A stretch of 64,000 bases of DNA from Roseibacillus sp. (GTDB taxonomy: Bacteria; Verrucomicrobiota; Verrucomicrobiia; Verrucomicrobiales; Akkermansiaceae): contig CBDEUM010000038.1 of assembly GCA_965242925.1 (NCBI GenBank), positions 1 through 64,000 of the forward strand, written 5' to 3'. The notes beneath the pieces were generated by a model. It was not told the origin of the DNA, made no database searches, and was given only the letters and a program-made list of their open reading frames with translations. A program made the position numbers and the translations under genes. Positions 61,285 through 64,000 of this stretch are shown one piece after another; position 1 is the stretch's first letter, and every line of letters starts with the position of its first letter.

Positions 61285-63171
61285 GTGAAATCTTCTGTTC
61301 ATTCCCGCGCCCTGCTGGTTTGCCTGGTTCTTGTGACCGGGTTCAGTGGTCTTTCGGCGCGGCTCATCTACCTTCAATGGATTGATCGCGATACGTCGGC
61401 GCCCAAGGCGGCCCGCAATCGGACGGACAAGGAAGTCATTCCGGGAAAGTTCGGCTACATCGTGGATCGGAACGACCGCATCATGGCACGGAATCTGCCG
61501 GTCACCACCGTGGTTGCAGATAAGATTCACTTGCGTGATCCAGAGGTGGCGGCGAGGGGCGTGGCCTTCGCCGAACTCGTGAACACCAGAGAATGGATCG
61601 AGGGGACGGAGCAGGAGCGTCGTCGATCCCTGAAACGTCGCACCCGTCGAATACGTGAGGAGTTGCCCCTGGGGGAGCTTCTCGATCGCTATGTCGAGCA
61701 CATGATACCGATCGCGGCGCGCGCCATCGGCATCGATCCCGGGAAGCTGGAGGAGAAACTCAGGGTCAAACTGGAGTATGTCACCATTGCGAAGGACCTG
61801 AGGGAGGATGAGGCAGACGAGATCCAGGAAGCGCTGGAGGACAACTTCATTTACGGGTTCCGCTTCGAAAAGAGCGTGAAGCGGTGGTACAGCACCTCGA
61901 ACATGGCCACCCACACCACCGGCTACGTGAATCACGAGGGGGTGGGGCAGTGCGGGTTGGAGCGTGAACTGGGCCCCCATCTGCGGGGTCACGATGGCTA
62001 TCAGATCACGAGGAAAGATCAGTCGGGACTGGTTCTGCTCACCGGTGGCGGGGTGCTCAAGCCGCCCCGATCTGGTTTCGATGCCAGGCTCTCTCTCGAT
62101 CTGAATATTCAGACCATCGTGGAAGAGGAGTTGGACTGGGGCCTCCAGAAATTTGAATCCAGCTGTGGAGCGGTCGTCGTGCTTGAGCCCAAGAGTGGTG
62201 ACGTCCTGGCAATTGCCAGTCGACCACATTTCGATTTGAACCTGCGGCAGAACATGGACGAGTCAGCCATGCATTATGCGGTGCAGGGAGTCTACGAACC
62301 AGGTTCAACCTTGAAGCTGATTTCCACCGCGGCGGCGCTCGATCTGGGCATAATGAGTCCAAAGACGGAGACGTATTGTCACAAAGGATACATGAGAATT
62401 CCGGGGGGCTACGTGAAGGACTACAAGGGCTTCGAGAATATCACCCTTGAGGAGGTTCTCGCCAAGTCGAGTAACATTGGAGCCTACAAGATTGGCATGC
62501 GGGTTGGGACGAAACGCTACATGGATTATCTGCGTCGGTTCGGGTTCACTCAGAAGACCGGAATTACCCTGTCCGGGGAAGAGGGAGGCTGGACTGCCGA
62601 TCCCGGCAACGGGATTAACTTCTCACGGATTACCTATGGCTATGGAGTGGTCGTGACACCTCTCCAGATTGGATGTGCATACGCGACTATTGCGAACGGT
62701 GGAGTGCGTATGAAGCCGCGCCTGGTAAAGGCTCTTCTCGCAAACGATGGCACGGTGGTGCAGGAGTTCCCTCCCGAGGAAGTGGAGCGGGCGGTGTCCG
62801 AAAAGACCGCGCGCAAGATGTGCGTCGCCCTGGAGACGGTGGTGAATCCCCGAGGGAAGGGCAATACCGGCAAATTCGCGGCGGTGCCCGGCTATCTTGT
62901 GTGTGGAAAGACGGGGACCGCACGGCTCTATAAGGACGGAGCATATCTTTCGGATCGTTACGCGGTCTCTTTTGCCGGATTCATGCCCCGCGACGATCCC
63001 GCCTTCGTCTGCGTGGTAGTGATCCACGATCCCCTTACGAAGGAGATCAAGGTAGGAGGAGGGTCGGTGGCGGCCCCGGTTTTCCAGCGTATTGCGGCCC
63101 GCGCCGCGGCTTGCCTGAATCTCACTCCGACCGAGCCAGTGGAGGAGGCCATCGCCTCCAACGGCAGATAA
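61285..63171 (+). CDS. ftsI: Class B penicillin-binding protein (FtsI-type)
   Basis: N-terminal TM helix, G.IVDRN, GLER, YEPGSTLK (SxxK), SSN, KTG. Confidence 0.9.
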   Translation: MKSSVHSRALLVCLVLVTGFSGLSARLIYLQWIDRDTSAPKAARNRTDKEVIPGKFGYIVDRNDRIMARNLPVTTVVADKIHLRDPEVAARGVAFAELVNTREWIEGTEQERRRSLKRRTRRIREELPLGELLDRYVEHMIPIAARAIGIDPGKLEEKLRVKLEYVTIAKDLREDEADEIQEALEDNFIYGFRFEKSVKRWYSTSNMATHTTGYVNHEGVGQCGLERELGPHLRGHDGYQITRKDQSGLVLLTGGGVLKPPRSGFDARLSLDLNIQTIVEEELDWGLQKFESSCGAVVVLEPKSGDVLAIASRPHFDLNLRQNMDESAMHYAVQGVYEPGSTLKLISTAAALDLGIMSPKTETYCHKGYMRIPGGYVKDYKGFENITLEEVLAKSSNIGAYKIGMRVGTKRYMDYLRRFGFTQKTGITLSGEEGGWTADPGNGINFSRITYGYGVVVTPLQIGCAYATIANGGVRMKPRLVKALLANDGTVVQEFPPEEVERAVSEKTARKMCVALETVVNPRGKGNTGKFAAVPGYLVCGKTGTARLYKDGAYLSDRYAVSFAGFMPRDDPAFVCVVVIHDPLTKEIKVGGGSVAAPVFQRIAARAAACLNLTPTEPVEEAIASNGR

Positions 63172-63178
63172 TTTCACC

Positions 63179-64000
63179 ATGATCCTGCAGGAACTGATTG
63201 ATCCTCTGCCCCGGGTGGCTTTGGCCGGGTCGGCGGATTGCGAGGTGTCCGGACTGCAGGACGACAGCCGGAACGTGGGACCCGGTGACCTCTTCGTGGC
63301 AGTAAGAGGCGACACCGTGGATGGGCATGAGTTTATCGAGTTGGCCTTGAAAGCGGGAGCCTGCGCCATTGTAGCGGAAACGGCGGCGAATTCAGATCTT
63401 CCCGAAGGCGTGAGCTGGGTGCTGGTGCCCGATTCGCGCCAGGCTCTGGGCATTCTGTCCAGCGTATGGTGTGGGAACCCGTCCTCCGATCTGCGGGTGG
63501 CGGGAGTGACCGGGACGAACGGCAAGACCACCACGGCCTTTCTCATTCATCAAATCCTGAAACAGACAATGCAGCGAGCCGGCCTGATCGGAACGGTGAT
63601 CTTTGACGATGGTTCGAAACAGGAGGTGGCTAATTTTACCACGCCCGGTACCATTAAGCTGCAGGAGCTCCTGGCCCGCATGCGGGAGAACAGGTGCCCG
63701 GGAGTGGTCCTCGAGGTGTCGTCGCAGGGGTTGGAGCAGGGTCGGGCGGATGCCATTGCCTTCGATGTGGCGGTCTTCACCAATCTGAGTCAGGACCACC
63801 TCGACTATCACGGCACGATGGAGCGGTATTTCACCTCCAAACGCCGCCTCTTTGACAGCGTAGCAGAGGACGTGGCCGGGAAAAGACCCACGGCCGTGGT
63901 CAATCGCGACGACTTTTACGGGGAAATCCTGGTCCGCGAGTACGCCGATCGGATCAATTTGATCACCTACGGATTCGGAGTGGATTGTGACTTCAGGGCC
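63179..64000 (+). CDS. murE: UDP-MurNAc-tripeptide synthetase, 3' truncated
   Basis: Hand translation from ATG 63179: DSR.V.PGDLFVAV.G...DGH, GVTGTNGKTTT, TTP, EVSS, FTNLSQDHLDYHGTME.YF..K..LF. Confidence 0.93.
   Translation, partial: MILQELIDPLPRVALAGSADCEVSGLQDDSRNVGPGDLFVAVRGDTVDGHEFIELALKAGACAIVAETAANSDLPEGVSWVLVPDSRQALGILSSVWCGNPSSDLRVAGVTGTNGKTTTAFLIHQILKQTMQRAGLIGTVIFDDGSKQEVANFTTPGTIKLQELLARMRENRCPGVVLEVSSQGLEQGRADAIAFDVAVFTNLSQDHLDYHGTMERYFTSKRRLFDSVAEDVAGKRPTAVVNRDDFYGEILVREYADRINLITYGFGVDCDFRA

Overview
Mostly core-genome DNA from a GC-rich Verrucomicrobiota bacterium. The lineage is inferred (probably Verrucomicrobiales, Akkermansiaceae-like) from a PEP-CTERM protein, a TIGR04073-like protein and an Amuc_1098-1102-like locus. 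Gene order: a surface/accessory block (secreted-protein C-terminus, TPR sulfotransferase, PEP-CTERM protein, esterase, SHD1 protein, TIGR04073-like protein, pseudokinase with two C-type lectin domains); lptF/G-type permease, DinG/YoaA helicase, aroD; a five-gene Amuc_1102-1098-like pilus/secretin operon; one ORF joining CoaE to a divergent Rho; a large nested-domain lectin surface protein; rnd, gyrB-gyrA, gap-pgk-tpiA; menF-D-H-B-A-C-E; an RbsD/FucU-like lipoprotein, a very short RNase III-domain protein, pdxH; one ORF joining a TIGR04283-type glycosyltransferase to an ArsS-type radical SAM enzyme; a DedA-type protein, hpt-LOG, rpsO-pnp, rsmB; and the start of the dcw cluster (mraZ-rsmH-ftsL-ftsI-murE). 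I saw no tRNA, rRNA, CRISPR array, transposase or prophage gene. The best novelty candidates are the CoaE-Rho fusion, the GT-ArsS fusion, the pseudokinase/tandem lectin receptor, the nested-domain adhesin, the minimal RNase III and the (DRGG)6 tail on PNPase. Three single-base homopolymer frameshifts in the first 4.1 kb are probably sequencing errors, so both fusions need read-level confirmation. All calls come from reading motifs by eye; no searches were run.
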